A stretch of 64,000 bases of DNA, taken from the NCBI RefSeq assembly GCF_009914755.1, contig NC_060932.1; one strand, written 5' to 3'. The position numbers and the translations under genes were made by a program. The notes under the pieces are model-generated. The model made no database searches and was not told where the DNA came from. It saw only the letters and a program-made list of their open reading frames with translations. The DNA is from the human T2T-CHM13v2.0 reference genome, Homo sapiens. This document shows, piece by piece, positions 1 through 13,769 of the stretch. Positions within the stretch are counted from its first letter, which is position 1; each line of letters opens with the position of its first letter.

Positions 1-329
1 CATAACCTATTTAATCTTAACTGTTTCACTTTCTATAATTGTTATTTGGTAATAACATTACCTGTCTCCTAATTTTAAGAAAGCCTCTGGAGTATCTTTT
101 ATTCCTTCCTTTCAACCATCTACATTTACTTGTTTAATGAAGTGAGGAGGCTGGATTTTCTAGAACAGTTCTAATGTATGCATTTTTTTCCAGACCTAAT
201 TAATTTTAGATTAACAAATTATAGTGGCCGACATAGTGATCTCCATATCTCTGTTTATATCAGTTTGTTTATTTGTTTTATGTAATTGGCATTCAGAACA
301 GAATTCTGTCTTTGTGACCACAAAGTGTT

Positions 330-640
330 TTTCTGGCGTCATGTACCATCTTTCCTGGATCTCTTTCCCTTTGTGGTTTTGGGTTAGAGTCTACCAATGA
401 GAGGCACTGATATAAGATTTGGAAGGAGACGCCGATACTATCCTAAGTGCAGTTGTCAGCAGATGCATAAAGGAGGGCTGGGCTTGGGGATCCTGTACAA
501 ATGACTGAGATGTGCTATGGCTTCCTGGTGAGCTCCTTTCAGTAGCTGTTTCCATGACCTTTGTTCTCACTGCTCCAACAGTTGTGAGAATCTCTAACTT
601 CTTTTATTAAAACCTCTCCTATTTGTAGTACCTCGAGTAC
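330..640. mobile_element. Old ERVL-type LTR remnant (LTR33/LTR16-like)
   Basis: Segments ccaatgagaggcactga...gatttggaagg and attaaaacctctcctatttgtagtacct resemble recalled LTR33/16 consensus. Heavily diverged; boundaries approximate. Confidence 0.4.
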
Positions 641-744
641 ATGCATGCACACATTTTTGTAATATCTGTGAAGACCTCATTAACATTTTTATTATAATTA
701 AAAGTGTAAATTCTTATATCTCATCTCATTGTTCATTATATAAC

Positions 745-746
<2 letters not shown>

Positions 747-785
<39 letters not shown>
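747..785. repeat. (CA)n microsatellite
   Basis: About 19 perfect AC units. Confidence 0.97.
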
Positions 786-786
<1 letters not shown>

Positions 787-2660
787 CCATGCCCTCTCCA
801 CAGTCAGGTAAACTAGATACAATCTCAAATAGAAATAATAAAATGTTCTGAGTGTAATTATGGCTCTAGTTATTCCCACAATAATCAGAATCAAACGAAA
901 AGGGCAAATATAATTTACTGGGCCCAACTACTTACACAAGAGCTATAACATGTATGAAAATTTGCAGACCACTTTGGTTAGCTTGATCCCATCATGGTGA
1001 TAAATCAAGACCAAAAATCATCATTCCTAGACATTCAAAAGTCACTTAACAAAGGTAAAACATCAACAGTGTGAAATGTCAAGACAGACCTTATGTTGCA
1101 GACCATAAATGTAATGTCACCTAGAGTTAGGAAGTAAAGGTAAGAAATCTTTAGCTGAAGTTTGGAATCCCCTCACATCTAAAGGATGAGTCTCAAGAAC
1201 ATTAGTAATCTCCCATGATGAGGCCCATTATGGTATATAGATTCTCTTAAACATTCTAGATTCTGTTTAATCTATTTCTTCACTAATTTCACTTCCAGAA
1301 ATATACATGCCCTTTATCTCTATGCTGATTTTTCACAAAACAAAGGGTTTTTGTAAAAAGCAACCTTTTCACAGGACTTACTGCATCCACAATGGTGAGT
1401 AATAGAAAAACCACAAAGTGGCATACACTGAACAATCAGAAATTTCCTTCTCCAGCTAACAGGCTCACTGTTACAACCTACCTTTCAATGTGGACCATTA
1501 AAATTTATGTCTCAGTATAGTAAGTGACAGATCAGTAGTAAGTGCTAATTTCACAAATACTCAGGGCTTGTCGCATCTCAAAAGACCGTTGGCCCTCACA
1601 AAAGTCTGTCTTCGTCATCCCCATCTACCTTTGGGTGCTCCCCACTCTACTATAGTTGCACCTGACAGTCACCCAGGAAATCTGCAGTTTATCATTGCTA
1701 TCTATCCTGGGTTCTTTATTTTTCTCAATCCCCTTTAGATGATCTGGGTTGATTTCTGGCTTTGGTCAATATTTCTTATTGCTGGTGTTATGTCATGTTT
1801 ATTTATTGTTTAATTCCTATCAGTCAGGCATTTGCTACATGTCACTCAGTGTACATGAGGCACTGGGAACTGCTGCAACTTCTTTCCACCTCTACAGCCT
1901 GGTCATAGCTTGAGTAAGTCTCTGACCTCTATAAGAGATCACAGGACCTTCTAATTCTCTCATTGAACCGTGTCCAGCCTGTCACACACCTTAGATTATG
2001 GAGAGATCTAGAGCTAACTTTTCATGTTCCAACACAAAGAAACTGGCTATTTTTAAACACAGACTTTGTATCAGGCTCTGAAGATACCCCTGTGAAATAG
2101 TCGCAACTATTAAGAAATTAACAGTGGAATGGAAGAGACAGACAATTAAACAGGCAAAAACACTCCATCTTGATAAATTTAGATATAAGTACTAAGAATG
2201 CTACTAAACACCTAGAAGGGGCAACTACTGCAGTCTTGGGGTATGTTTAAAAACATACATCTCTGGGATGTTTTTAATCACTACAGCACATATCAAATAC
2301 ACAATTATCACCACCAATATGTAATGAAATGGAAATTGAACTGAAATGTTGCTCATGGAATCTACCTGTGTCTGTAAATCCATAAATTAAATTTATGAAA
2401 AAATAGTTTGTTGAGTGATATATGAGTTAATGTTTAAATTGTTTGGGCCCACCTTCTCTAGCCCAGCTCTGAGGACTTTTCTTTGCTGTTACAACATCTC
2501 TTCCCTGATACACATTAACTCACGAGGATGAAATAGGGTTTCCGGACTCTGTGATGTCCAGAGTTCTCAGTCACCCCAACCATTGCATGCTATCTATCTT
2601 AAGGGTAACCTTCTAGAAGCAATGCCTCACGTCTTTCAGATTTTTATAAGGCTCAGACTG

Positions 2661-2949
2661 GGCTGGGCATGGTGGCTCAGGCCTGTAATCCCAGCACTTT
2701 GGGAGGCTGGCAGGCAGATCACCTGAGGTCAGGAGTTTGAGACCAGCCTGGCCAACATGGTGAAACCCCATCTCTATTAAAAATACAAAAATGAGCTGGG
2801 CATGGTGGTGGGCGCCTGTAGTCCCCCAGCTACACGGGAGGCTGAGGCTGTGCTTAAACCTGGGAAGCAGAGGTTGCAGCGAGCTGGGATTTCACCACTG
2901 CACTCCAGCCTGGGCAACAGAGCGAGACTCCATCTCAAAAAAAAAAAAA
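2661..2949 (+). mobile_element. Alu (AluS-type), full length
   Basis: GGCTGGGCATGGTGGCTC start, both arms, A-rich linker and poly(A) tail. Confidence 0.95.
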
Positions 2950-2960
2950 GCACATTGGAT

Positions 2961-3266
2961 GGCCAGGCACAGTGGCTCACACCTGTAGTCCCAGCACTTT
3001 GGGAGGTCGAAGCGGGCAGATGACCTGAGGTCAGGAGTTTGAAACCAGCCTGGCCAACATGGCAAAACCCCATCTCTACTAAAAATACAAAAATTACTCA
3101 GGTGCAGTGGTGGACACCTGTAATCCCAGCTACTTGGGAGGCTGAGGCAGGAGAATTACTTGAGCCCGGGAGGCAGAGGTAGGTTGCAGTGAGCCAAGAT
3201 CATGTCATTGCACTCCAGCCTGGGTGACAGAGCGAGACTCCATCTCAAAAAAAAAAAAAAAAAAAA
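2961..3266 (+). mobile_element. Alu (AluS-type), in tandem with the previous Alu
   Basis: GGCCAGGCACAGTGGCTCAC start, both arms, long poly(A) tail. Confidence 0.95.
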
Positions 3267-4237
3267 GGGAAAAAAGATTCAGATTGGACAAGTGATTTCA
3301 ATGGTGGCTATTTCTGGTCAAGTGAAGGCACTGATACAGACCACAGCTGCAGGCAGCTTAGCTTCCCAATGTGAGCCTCTCAGGGAAGCATATGCACCTG
3401 GTAATCACACCGCTCCACCTGGGACTAGACGTGTTCACATCCAAAAGAAGCAATCATATTTTAAGGGGCTTGTAGTTCACAAAGTCCTTCTGTTCTAGAA
3501 TCTCTTTGGATCCTCACAATAGCCCTGAAGTTCAGATGAGGATACTTGTTCTGAATGATTAAATAAATTGACTGGGTCAGGCCAATAGTGAGGGCAGAAC
3601 TTCCTGATGGCACAGCCTGGGCTCAGCCCATCCTCCTACAGTGTTTTCTGCTTTCAAGGCTTTGATGCTATGAAGAAAAGCATATACCTCACAGTGACAT
3701 TACTGTCTAAGAAGCAGACAGCTTGGCACCATGCCTTGAAAGAAATCAGACATATATTTTTGAATAAAAACATCTACATCGCAATTTCTAATACAAGTCT
3801 TTTCCTTCTTGTTGATTCATCCTCAAGTTTTTGGAAAAATGAAATAAGGCATGAGCCAGAACAACTGGCAAAATAAGCAAAAGTATAGCGGGGTGTGGGA
3901 ATGTTGTTTTCCACAACTTTGTCAGAAAAAGAAAGCCAGAGAAAACAGTACTTCCTAAGAAGCTTCTTTGACTCTACTCCACGAAAAATTGATAAGAAAA
4001 GTATACATCGTGCTGTTAAAAATTATCTCCATCTGTGGAGATGAAGCAGGCATCAAGTTCACAGTTATTCAGAAAAGTGCTGGTGAGGCAGTTGGAAGCA
4101 GCAAGCAGAGCCAGTGCCGACCAAATTCATGCCCATCAGAGCCCTGAGCGTTAGGTAGAAAGGATGAAGCTCTCTGCCTGTTTGTAGTGTGTTTCCCCAA
4201 GGCCTCCTTCCCTAACTCACTTCTTATTACAATACTA

Positions 4238-4612
<375 letters not shown>

Positions 4613-4687
4613 TTACTGGACAAATCTTTTATGTTTAGTTATTCCAACGCATACAATAAGGACATGTTATTTGAAGAGAAAACAAAC

Positions 4688-4817
4688 CTGCTCTCTGAGT
4701 GCTGTGATGGTTTCCTGAATTTCCGCTGCAAACGTGCTGAAATCTTGGGAGAACTTTGTTTTTGCCAGAACTGTCACATTTCTAGCATCTTCACCCACAT
4801 ATATTTTATCTTGTTGC
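4688..4817 (-). CDS. PXDNL: Peroxidasin-like coding exon, 130 bp (probably exon 21), start of the coiled coil before the vWC domain
   Basis: Translates (R)QQDKIYVGEDARNVTVLAKTKFSQDFSTFAAEIQETITALREQ. Acceptor ttataaatAG|G, donor CAG|GTttgt. In frame with the 115-bp exon. Confidence 0.93.
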
Positions 4818-6324
4818 CTATTTATAACAAGAAGCAAATAAAATGCTGAAAAATAAAAGTCGTGTGAGAATTTTAAAATATCATCAAATCTTCTTTGGAC
4901 ATTTGGCACGTACAAGGCATTGTGATTGGTGTTCTTTGTGATCTTAAAAGGAAAATGGTATGAGTGGAATTCAAAATTAAAATTAAATGGCAGATAAGAT
5001 GATAATCCAGAGTGTCACATCTGGTTCATGTAATTTATCTAAAATAATAAGAAAGTATTTCTTATGACATAAAGGAAATTTCATGTTGTATTACATATAT
5101 ATTTGATATATTATTTAGACCTTAAAGTATTTCTTTTGCTAACGAATTCTTCATTTCACTTTAAACAGTGAAAGAGCAGTGACAAATTTAATATAACATA
5201 TTATCCAGTAGCCAGGTAGGGAAGCTGCTTTCTCTATTATAAATTCATGGCAAGAACTAAAATAAGATAAGGATACTATGAGTGACAAAAATCTAACCTT
5301 TAACCTGATGCAAAATAGCTCAGTCTTGTTGATAATAAAAGGATATAAGGAAACCTTGGGTTGAATTTAAGATATGTTTCTTTGAGTTTACTGAAACTTT
5401 CAAAAAACAGAAGCAAATAACTAATTTGGGAAATAGAAATGAAAGTTCTTTCTATTTACAATTATCATGTATTGTTAAAAATATTTTTAGATAGATTTGA
5501 TTTATTGGGTATGATATCTGCATTTCAAGTGCTCTTATGTTTTTCCAAATTTTGTAAAAAGTTGTTCCTTGTGAAGAAACCATTATAACTTTCAAAATTG
5601 TTCTGCTTTATTCTATTTGAAATATGTCTTCCATTGTTTACTAAGAAAATGGCTTGCCAGAAACAGTACATTCTATGAGCTTGTAAAACAAGTCATAAAT
5701 CAGAGACATAGTATAGAGTTTACATTAATCAGGGAATTTAAAAAAGGGAAACAAAGAAAAATAACAAAAGTTACCAACAGCAGTAGTTTAGTCACTGGAT
5801 AACTCCATGTCCTCTGAGGCACTGTGAGCTAGAGGCACCATGAATCAGTACTGACCACATGCTAGCTTCTATACAGTACTGTGTTAAAACAGTTTAAATG
5901 TACAAGTATTGTTAGGGATAATATTAATGCAAATGGTTGGACATTTTACTTTCATAATGCTCTCTTCTGTAAATCTTCAGTGTCTAATCAAAGGTATTTA
6001 ATCCTGAAGAAGCCTGAATGAATGTATGAAGATATAACCAACAGTCAAAAGACCACACGTGGGAACACGGGGAAGTGGCTGATGTTGGTGAGCCCAGATG
6101 TTGTGGAGTAGGACGGTATTCACAATTTAACAAATATGTGTGGGTATGGGCCATGCATCAGGCATTCTGCTCAGGTAGATGGGTGCAGGATGTGAGGGTG
6201 CTGCCGTTAGGCTCCTCACATTCTTTCAAAGCAGAACAGTTGGCAAAGAAGCAAGACACATAGCATCTGCATTAGGAAGACAAATAAGAGGTATAACCTT
6301 GTATTTATAGGCAACAATACTACA

Positions 6325-6824
6325 TTTTAAGCTTTACTGATGTACAACTGATACACACAAAAACACACATATTTAATGTATACATTTTGATGAGTTTGGA
6401 CATGTGCATATATACCTGTGATATTACAAAGTACTAAATATAAATATATTCACCACCTCCAAAAATTTCCTTATTTTTTTTCACGTGTGCATGTGGTTTG
6501 TTTTGGTTTTTGTTTGTTTATTTTCATGATGATACTTAATATGAGATGTATCTTCTCAATCTATTTGAAACTATACAGTACCATTTATTAACTATGGGTA
6601 CTAGGTTGTGCAGCGAATCTCTAGAACTAATTTGTCTTGCATAAGTAAAACTCTTTACTCATTGAGCAACAATTCTCCATTTCGTCCTCCTCCTAGCCCC
6701 TGGCAACCACCATTCTATTCTCTGCCACTAAGAATCCAACTATTTTAGATACCTCATATAAACAGAATCATGCAATATCTTCCTTTTGTGACTGGCTAAT
6801 TTCACTTAGCATAATGTCCTCTAG
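6325..6824 (-). mobile_element. L1MA/L1MB-type 3' end fragment
   Basis: cccctggcaaccaccattcta...ttcacttagcataatgtcctctag is typical antisense L1M 3' UTR. Confidence 0.8.
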
Positions 6825-7240
6825 AACTACAATGACATAGCACCTCACACCTGTTAGGATGACTATTACCAAAAAACAAAAGATAACAAAAATGTTAGTG
6901 AGGATTATACAACGTTGGTGGAAATGTGGGTTGGAGTAGCCACTGTGGAAAACAGTATGGAGACTCCTCAAAAAGCAACATGGAACTACCATTTCATCTA
7001 GCAATCCCACGCCTGGGTATACAGCCAAAATAATTGAAATGAGGATATCAAAGAGATGTCTGCACTCCCATGTTACCTGCAAAATTATTCATAATTAGCA
7101 CAATATGGAAACAATATAAGTGTCCATCAATGGACAGATGAACAATACTGTATTGTACACTGACAAATGTGTTAAGAGGTATGATCTCATGTTAAGTGTT
7201 CTTATCACAATAAAATAAAATTAATAAAGTAAAATAAAAT
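6825..7240 (+). mobile_element. L1MA-type ORF2 end and 3' UTR fragment, opposite in orientation to the adjoining L1
   Basis: cacctcacacctgttaggatg, cactgtggaaaacagtatggag, tgtccatcaatgg, then gatctcatgttaagtgttcttatcac and an A-rich tail. Confidence 0.8.
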
Positions 7241-9154
7241 ATATAAAAAATAAGGTTTTACCCATAAAAAATAGTATATGCTATTTAAGAAGATTTGCAA
7301 AATGCAGTAAAGTATAAGAGAAAAATCATCAGTACTCAATTAAAAAATAGGGGAGGGATGACCTATATTCATCAGAATAAACTTTTAACATAATTATTTA
7401 TATTTTTAGTTTATTATTTCATTTACAAATAGGTTTTTTCCATAGTAAAGGTAGCACATGTTATTTTAGAAAAAAATTGTTTAAGCAGAAGTTCAGAAGA
7501 AAAAAATACCACTTAAATTAATCAGGAAAAATGGTTCTTTCATCTCAAAAATTACTTTGCATTGTTGATTTCTGATTGAAAAAAAATTAGAAATCTCTGA
7601 AAAGCACACAATATGAAGAATAAAATCCACGATAGTCTCAAACAAACATGAATGCATAAATAAGTAAGAAGGCAATGCCCTCTGCCTGGGAGCAGAGCAG
7701 TAATGAGTCTGGGAAGCTGTGTAAAGAGAATCCCACGTCAGGTCCATGTAGTTAGTGCCTGCTCTGCGCAGGCAGGAGTCGAAGTGCTAGCGTGCACTCT
7801 GTGTCACTTAACTGCCTAGTAGTTCTATAAGACACTATAACTAGCCTGTGTTTCAGGTAAGAATACTGCAGCTTAGAAAGTTGTTAACATGTCCACAGTA
7901 TATAGAGCTGTTAAACTGCACAGCTGGGATGCTGATTAAGATTCAAAAAAAAAAAAAAAAAAAGGGCCTTGCTCCTAACCAGTACACAGTCTATTTTCCA
8001 TCCATAGAGAGTGGTGGGTGATTTAAAGAATGATCAGGTTTACATTTTAGACAATTTGGAAGGATAGAAGAGAGGCAACGAGCCCAGGTAGGAAGGTTAT
8101 TGCAAAAAATGAAACACAAAAACCCAAGACACTGTGAATGTTGCTATATTTTGGATTCTTACCAAAAACATAAAACTCAACATATTGCTTATAAAAAAAG
8201 ACTCTTGGATACTGTATTGAAAGCTAGCTTTAATTTGTGACCAAGACAGAAGAAAGAAAAGATAGAGAAGAGAGGATAAGTGCAAGTAAAATGGGCACAC
8301 AGAGAAAACAAGAAGTGAAATTACAACCGCAATTCTTTGTGCATGTTGGTTGAGGGAATTTGACCTCCTCTGGTCTAAACAACTATGGTACATTTAAGCA
8401 CAACAGAAACAATCTATAAAGGATTACTAAAGCGTGTGTTGTTATAAAACAAAACAAATCAGAGCTCTTCTTACCTTTTTATTGTCAGATTAATGATAAA
8501 CTGAACTCATAATTGTAAAGTGTATGTTTGAGTAAAAGTTTGATAAGATTGGCAGGAGGCTAAAAATAAAATTAGCCAATCTTTAGCTGAGGCAACATCT
8601 GAGCTGGGCTTCAATGGGCCACCCAGAGTATTAAGTGTTTCGGTAATAAGTTAATTTTATCTCAAAAACAAGCAAAATGAGTCTTTGAGGTAAAACCTGG
8701 GTGTGGCTGTAGAAAAGGACAGAAGGTAGTAATGGGTGTTGTTATCCATGCCTGTGCTTGTGGACACCACTGGAAGGGACTGATCCCCATCACCATCTTA
8801 TAAAACAAGGGAAATTGCCCTCCAATATTTGAGTCCGGTACCCACTTCTGATGACACACTGGTAAAACGCTTCACCTGAATCAATGGAAAAACAGATGAA
8901 ATGCCAAATAAAAGGGCCAAGTGAATGTTTCCAACACTCAAATTATTTAAAAATGGTTCTCACTAGGACTCCAACTCCTGATCAGAGTTCCAATTACCTT
9001 GCCTGGATTAGCTCCAGGAACACAAAATATATTTCATTTCCTCACCCTGGAATTTACAGCTCTTCACTCTTTGCCTCAACCTTCTTTCAGAACGTTCTGG
9101 AAGAATGTTCTTCATTCCTAGTTATTGAACACACCAACTCATTCATTCATTCAT

Positions 9155-9455
9155 TTTGGGTTTTTTGTTTGTTTTTTATAGAGGTCTATAGACAGTCTCG
9201 TTCTATCACTCAGGGTGGAGTATAGTGCCGTGATCGTAATTCATGGGAACCTCAAACTCCTTAGCTCAAGACATTTTCCTGCCTCAGCCTCCCTAGTAGC
9301 AGGGACTACTGGTGTATGCTACCATGCCCAGCTAATTTTTTAAATTAAAAAAAAAAAAACTTTTTTAGAGATGGAGTCTCACTTTGTGGCCCAGGCTGGT
9401 CTTGAACTCCTGGCTTCAGGTGATGCTCCCACCTCAGCTTCCTGAATATTTGGGA
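9155..9455 (-). mobile_element. AluJ-type element
   Basis: Diverged antisense Alu (ctcaaactcc..gctcaag; ggtcttgaactcctggc), with accaactcatt on both sides. Confidence 0.88.
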
Positions 9456-9799
9456 CCAACTCATTTAGACACATGAATTGTACCATTCTCCAAACACACC
9501 TCACTTCCCTTTGCTCATGTTGTTCTTTCAGACTTGGACTCCCCTAAATGCTATCAAAATCTTAGCTTATCCTTCAAGAGCCCTCCTCTGTCTACCCGGT
9601 CAAAGGGCCCCAATAAGAATTAATCACCCCTTGCTCTGCACTACTCACTCCATGATTGGATTTCACTTCAGTACTCATATAAGCACTTTCGTTAAGTGAG
9701 TTAATATTTGTTTGATGCTTAAAAGAATGTTTGGCATTCAGTGAACACTACAACAGCATGTGTCATTACAGAATGTGTGTTACAGAATGCCTGTAAAAT

Positions 9800-9990
9800 G
9801 CTAGGTACTATATTAGTATTCAGTGCTTTACATATGTATCCTCAAGTTAAGACAATAATCCTGTAAAGTAGGTATTACATGCCCATTTTACAGCAGAGGA
9901 AATGGAGATTTGGAAATTTTATATAACATGCATAGTTATGAAGCAGTAGAAACAGGATTTGAATCCATGTGCCTGACTCTAAAGCCTTCA
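9800..9990 (-). mobile_element. MIR fragment
   Basis: aatcctgtaaagtaggtatta..cccattttacag..gaggaaatggag..ggatttgaatcca matches the MIR core. Confidence 0.7.
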
Positions 9991-10896
9991 CACTTCTTGT
10001 CCAACAACACTATCTCTTCTCCTCAATTTTAAAACTTAGAGTACAGGGCCCATATATTGTTCAAGTTGACAACTGTAATTGAAGAAATGGATGCCAAAAA
10101 TGGATTTTGAATTTGACTAAATTATACTACTTAGAAGGCAGCTATGGACAACAAAAATAGGATACATGGTTCCTTGAAAGAACCTGCATGGACTATGAAG
10201 CTGTGAATTGCAATGTTTATTTTGGTAACTTAATTTCACAAGTATGTACTGACTCCTTATTCAATGAAAAGGAGCTACTGGACATACCTATGCTCAAGGT
10301 AGTGTTTCTGCTTTCAGAAGCTTCCAAGTCAATGGTAGGGAGAAACTTTTTAAGGCAACACTTTGTATCAAGCTAATATACAAGCTACACAAAAGAAGTC
10401 CTAAGGGATTTCAAAGGAATAAGACTGACATTTCTCAATTTTCTAAGAGTTCAAAAATATTCCATCTTGGTCACAAATCAAGCCTTGCTTGCCATATATT
10501 ATTCATGAATTCAAATCAACTTAACATGAATTAGCTTAAATAGATACTATTACCTTTCTCGCAAACAATATGCTGTTTCATATTTTCAAAAAGAATCTGA
10601 AAAATATCAACTCATAATGTCATTTAAGGGATCAAAACTAGCATCTAATACACTTAGTTTTCTGCACTTTACTGAGAAAAATTCATTGCCAAATACGCTC
10701 TGGTTGGGCTATTGCAGAGTGAAATGGAACCCAAACACATTACAGAATTCATTCTGTGTTTTCTCCTTTTCATGTGATTCATCCTATATGTAAATAAGTT
10801 AACTGTGGTCTCTATTAAAAAAGATAAAAACAAATTGTAGGTTTGAAGCAAATCTATAGTAAGTTGCCTAAAGAAATGAGATATTTCTATACATAC

Positions 10897-11011
10897 CTAC
10901 TTCTTAGATGACTTAACTCCATATCCTTATCAACAGGATAGCTGTATTGAGCTGAGCGTTTCTTTTGAGACTCTTGCGTCACTGCTCTGAACTGTCCTCT
11001 ACTCCTACAGT
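10897..11011 (-). CDS. PXDNL: Peroxidasin-like coding exon, 115 bp (probably exon 20), linker after the peroxidase domain; absent from the ORF track
   Basis: Read by hand as (D)CRSRGQFRAVTQESQKKRSAQYSYPVDKDMELSHLRS(R). Acceptor cttctttccccacAG|A, donor TAG|GTatgt. Phase 1 in and phase 2 out fit both neighbouring exons. Confidence 0.93.
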
Positions 11012-11600
11012 CTGTGGGGAAAGAAGTAACCACAATAGCATCATGTGAGATGCGATGTCATGATCTCATCTAGATCATTTCTTTAACAGTCAGAGAGGGC
11101 AAGAGTACCAAGAAGAAAGAGTAGAGAGCGAGAGTGAGAGAGACTCATTTAGTCCGTTCCATTTTGCTGGGTGACCACAGTCTCAGATACCTGCTTTTGC
11201 ATGTCACTGAATCTCTGTTTTGCAGCAGCAAGTGGGATGCAAGGCAGTCTGCAGAACCTCTGGAGGAGCCCCAGGCAGAGTGATGCTGAATCTTACTTAG
11301 TAAGGGCATGGATTGCATGGTGTCTTTTATTCACTAAGGACTTGGCACAATGAAGAAAGAAGCAGGACAGTCCTGAGTGGAATGCTTGAAATTTGGCAAC
11401 TCCTCAAAGTGTCTCAGGCACACCTGATACCCACTAGGGATTTGTTTTTTAAGATACCCCCTGTTGCACAACTGTACTGTGTCCTCCAAGTGGTTAAAAT
11501 TGTAAGTTTTATGTTATGTGTTTTTATCACAATCAAAAAGATATGAGAATAACATGAAAAACTTGTTGCAAATAAATATGGAACTTTAAAAAGTGGTCTC

Positions 11601-11995
11601 TGATATAGTACGGATATCCCCCTCAAACCTGCTGTTGAGATGTAATTCCCAGTGTTGGTGGAGCCTGGTGGGAGGTATCTGGATGTGGGAGCGGCTCCCT
11701 CACGTCTTTGTGCTGTGCCTGCCATAGTGAGTGAGTTCTTGGAGATCTGTCGTTTACAAGTGCGTGGGACCTCCCGTACTCTCTTGCTCCCACTCATGTC
11801 ATGTGCCCTGCCTCCTGCTCCCTTTTGCCTTGGCCATGAGTGAAAGCTCCCCGAGGCCTCCCTAGAAGCTGAGCAGATAACTTGCACCAGGCTTCCAGTA
11901 TGGCCTACAGAACTGTGAGCCCATTCAACTGCTTTTCTTTATAAATTACCCAGTCTTGGGTATTTTTTATAGCAATGCAAAAACTGCCTAATACA
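11601..11995 (+). mobile_element. MaLR solo LTR (MSTB-like)
   Basis: TG...CA ends, ataaattacccagtcttgggta...ctaataca terminus, and approximate 5-bp TSD gtctc/ctctc. Confidence 0.85.
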
Positions 11996-12733
11996 CTCTC
12001 TAAAATTTCATATGAAAACAGATGGTCTGGAAACTAAGATATTTTGAAAATGAAAAAGAATGACGTAGGAATCAACATTCTCAGATAGTAAAACTACTAT
12101 ATATGAAGTTCAAAAATAAAAATTCTTAATATTGGTGGGAAAATACCTGAAAAAATAAAACAGGGTAACAACCCGAGAGCATCTTACCATGCAATCGAAT
12201 TTAACACATTATATTAGGCAGCATAAATTGGAAAATAGGCAGAGAGTACTTTTGTTCTGGGCAGCTAGCAAGTTATTCTTAAAAGAAGAGAAAGTGAAAA
12301 CCACTTACATCTTCACCTTATCATATGTAAATTAAATTCAAGAGGAATATTACATGAAAGATTATTAAGCTAACATGAATATGAAATTTAGGAAGATTTT
12401 TAAAATAACACAACAAACTGCAAATGCTATAATGCTAGACAAAATAAGAGTAAAACTTATACATATGAACTCACTGGTATTAAAACATACCAGAAATAAA
12501 CTAAAATGAAAACATCCCAAAATTACCACAGTGACATTGTCTAGAATACTGGTTATGGTTGTTACTTGTTTTCTTTTTTATTTCTACTTCTACCTTTTGT
12601 TTTCAATTAAAAACGTCTTTATTTATAAAATCCAAACACAGTTCACTGAAGAAAATCCAAGCCTTCTTATAAGGTTTACAAGTTAATTATCATATTGTTG
12701 TATATTACCATAATTGGATAAAAAATTTCTGGA

Positions 12734-12806
12734 GGCCGGGTGCAGTGGCTCATGCCTCGGCCTCCCAAAGTGCTGAGATTACTGTCATGAGCCACCGCGC
12801 CCGACC
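12734..12806. mobile_element. Two fused Alu 5' ends in inverted orientation
   Basis: ggccgggtgcagtggctcatgcct (+) joined directly to gcctcggcctcccaaagtgctgagatta...gccaccgcgcccgacc (-). Confidence 0.9.
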
Positions 12807-13769
12807 TATTGCTACTTTTATAACGGTGAAGTCAAGACATTCTAGATAAAGCTGTACATTATACTAAGGGACCCACAGGTGCTTATTTTCCCCTACTGTT
12901 ATGCTGTTACCTCGACTTAGTACTTTACTGATAATTAATAACGCATAAATATTTGCAGCTCTGAGTAAAAAAAAAATACATAGAAATATTTACGAAGAAT
13001 ACAACTAAAGAAAGTGAACTTCAATCGTAAAATGAAACTCAGTCTTTCTATTTCTGAATAGCACACAGCTTTTGTCAATAAATATTTATGGAGATCTTAC
13101 TGAATTAAGGTATTAGGCTAGGCACTGTAGAGAAAATAAAAGTGGATAAGGCATGGTTCCTGATTTTCAATAGGTTGCAAGTATTCTCCCCACTACAATG
13201 CAGCATCTCCGGCTAAGCCAAATATCTTTCTTTTCAATTCTCATATAAAAAGGAAAAAATATAGAGAAAAGGCTCTGCAGATAAACTCTCATCATCTATG
13301 GTCTTTCATTATTTTTTAGAAAGATGAAGCTTTAGAATTTATTTACTTTAAAGCACCAATAGATTGTTCAAGGTCATATAAATAAAACCCAAAAAGCAAA
13401 GAATCATGTATATAACACTGCAGGTATACACAGATGAGTACACCTGAACAGAAACAACCCACCAGACTGCAGTGACATGGCAGGTTTCTTGTAATGTGAC
13501 AGCTAAAATGTTGTAGTTCTGACATCATTTCTTTTAATTCACTTCGTTATTTATTCCTGGATACTGCCAAAGAAGCAGAGTATTCTTGATTGCTGAATGT
13601 TTGGCTCTTAAGCAAACAACATTACATTTACATTTAAATGCAATGTTAGTATAGTAGATGCTTTGATTTTATCCCTATGCATATTTATCTTATATAAATA
13701 TATACATATGCATACATATATATCTATGTGCATGTGTATATATACACACATGTTTTCAAGCTCTGTTCT

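Noticed and set aside
4667-4915. ORF-track starts and stops around the PXDNL exons (also 36927-37169 and 39655-39873)
   Set aside because: The extensions are intronic; GT-AG sites and phase continuity define the real boundaries.
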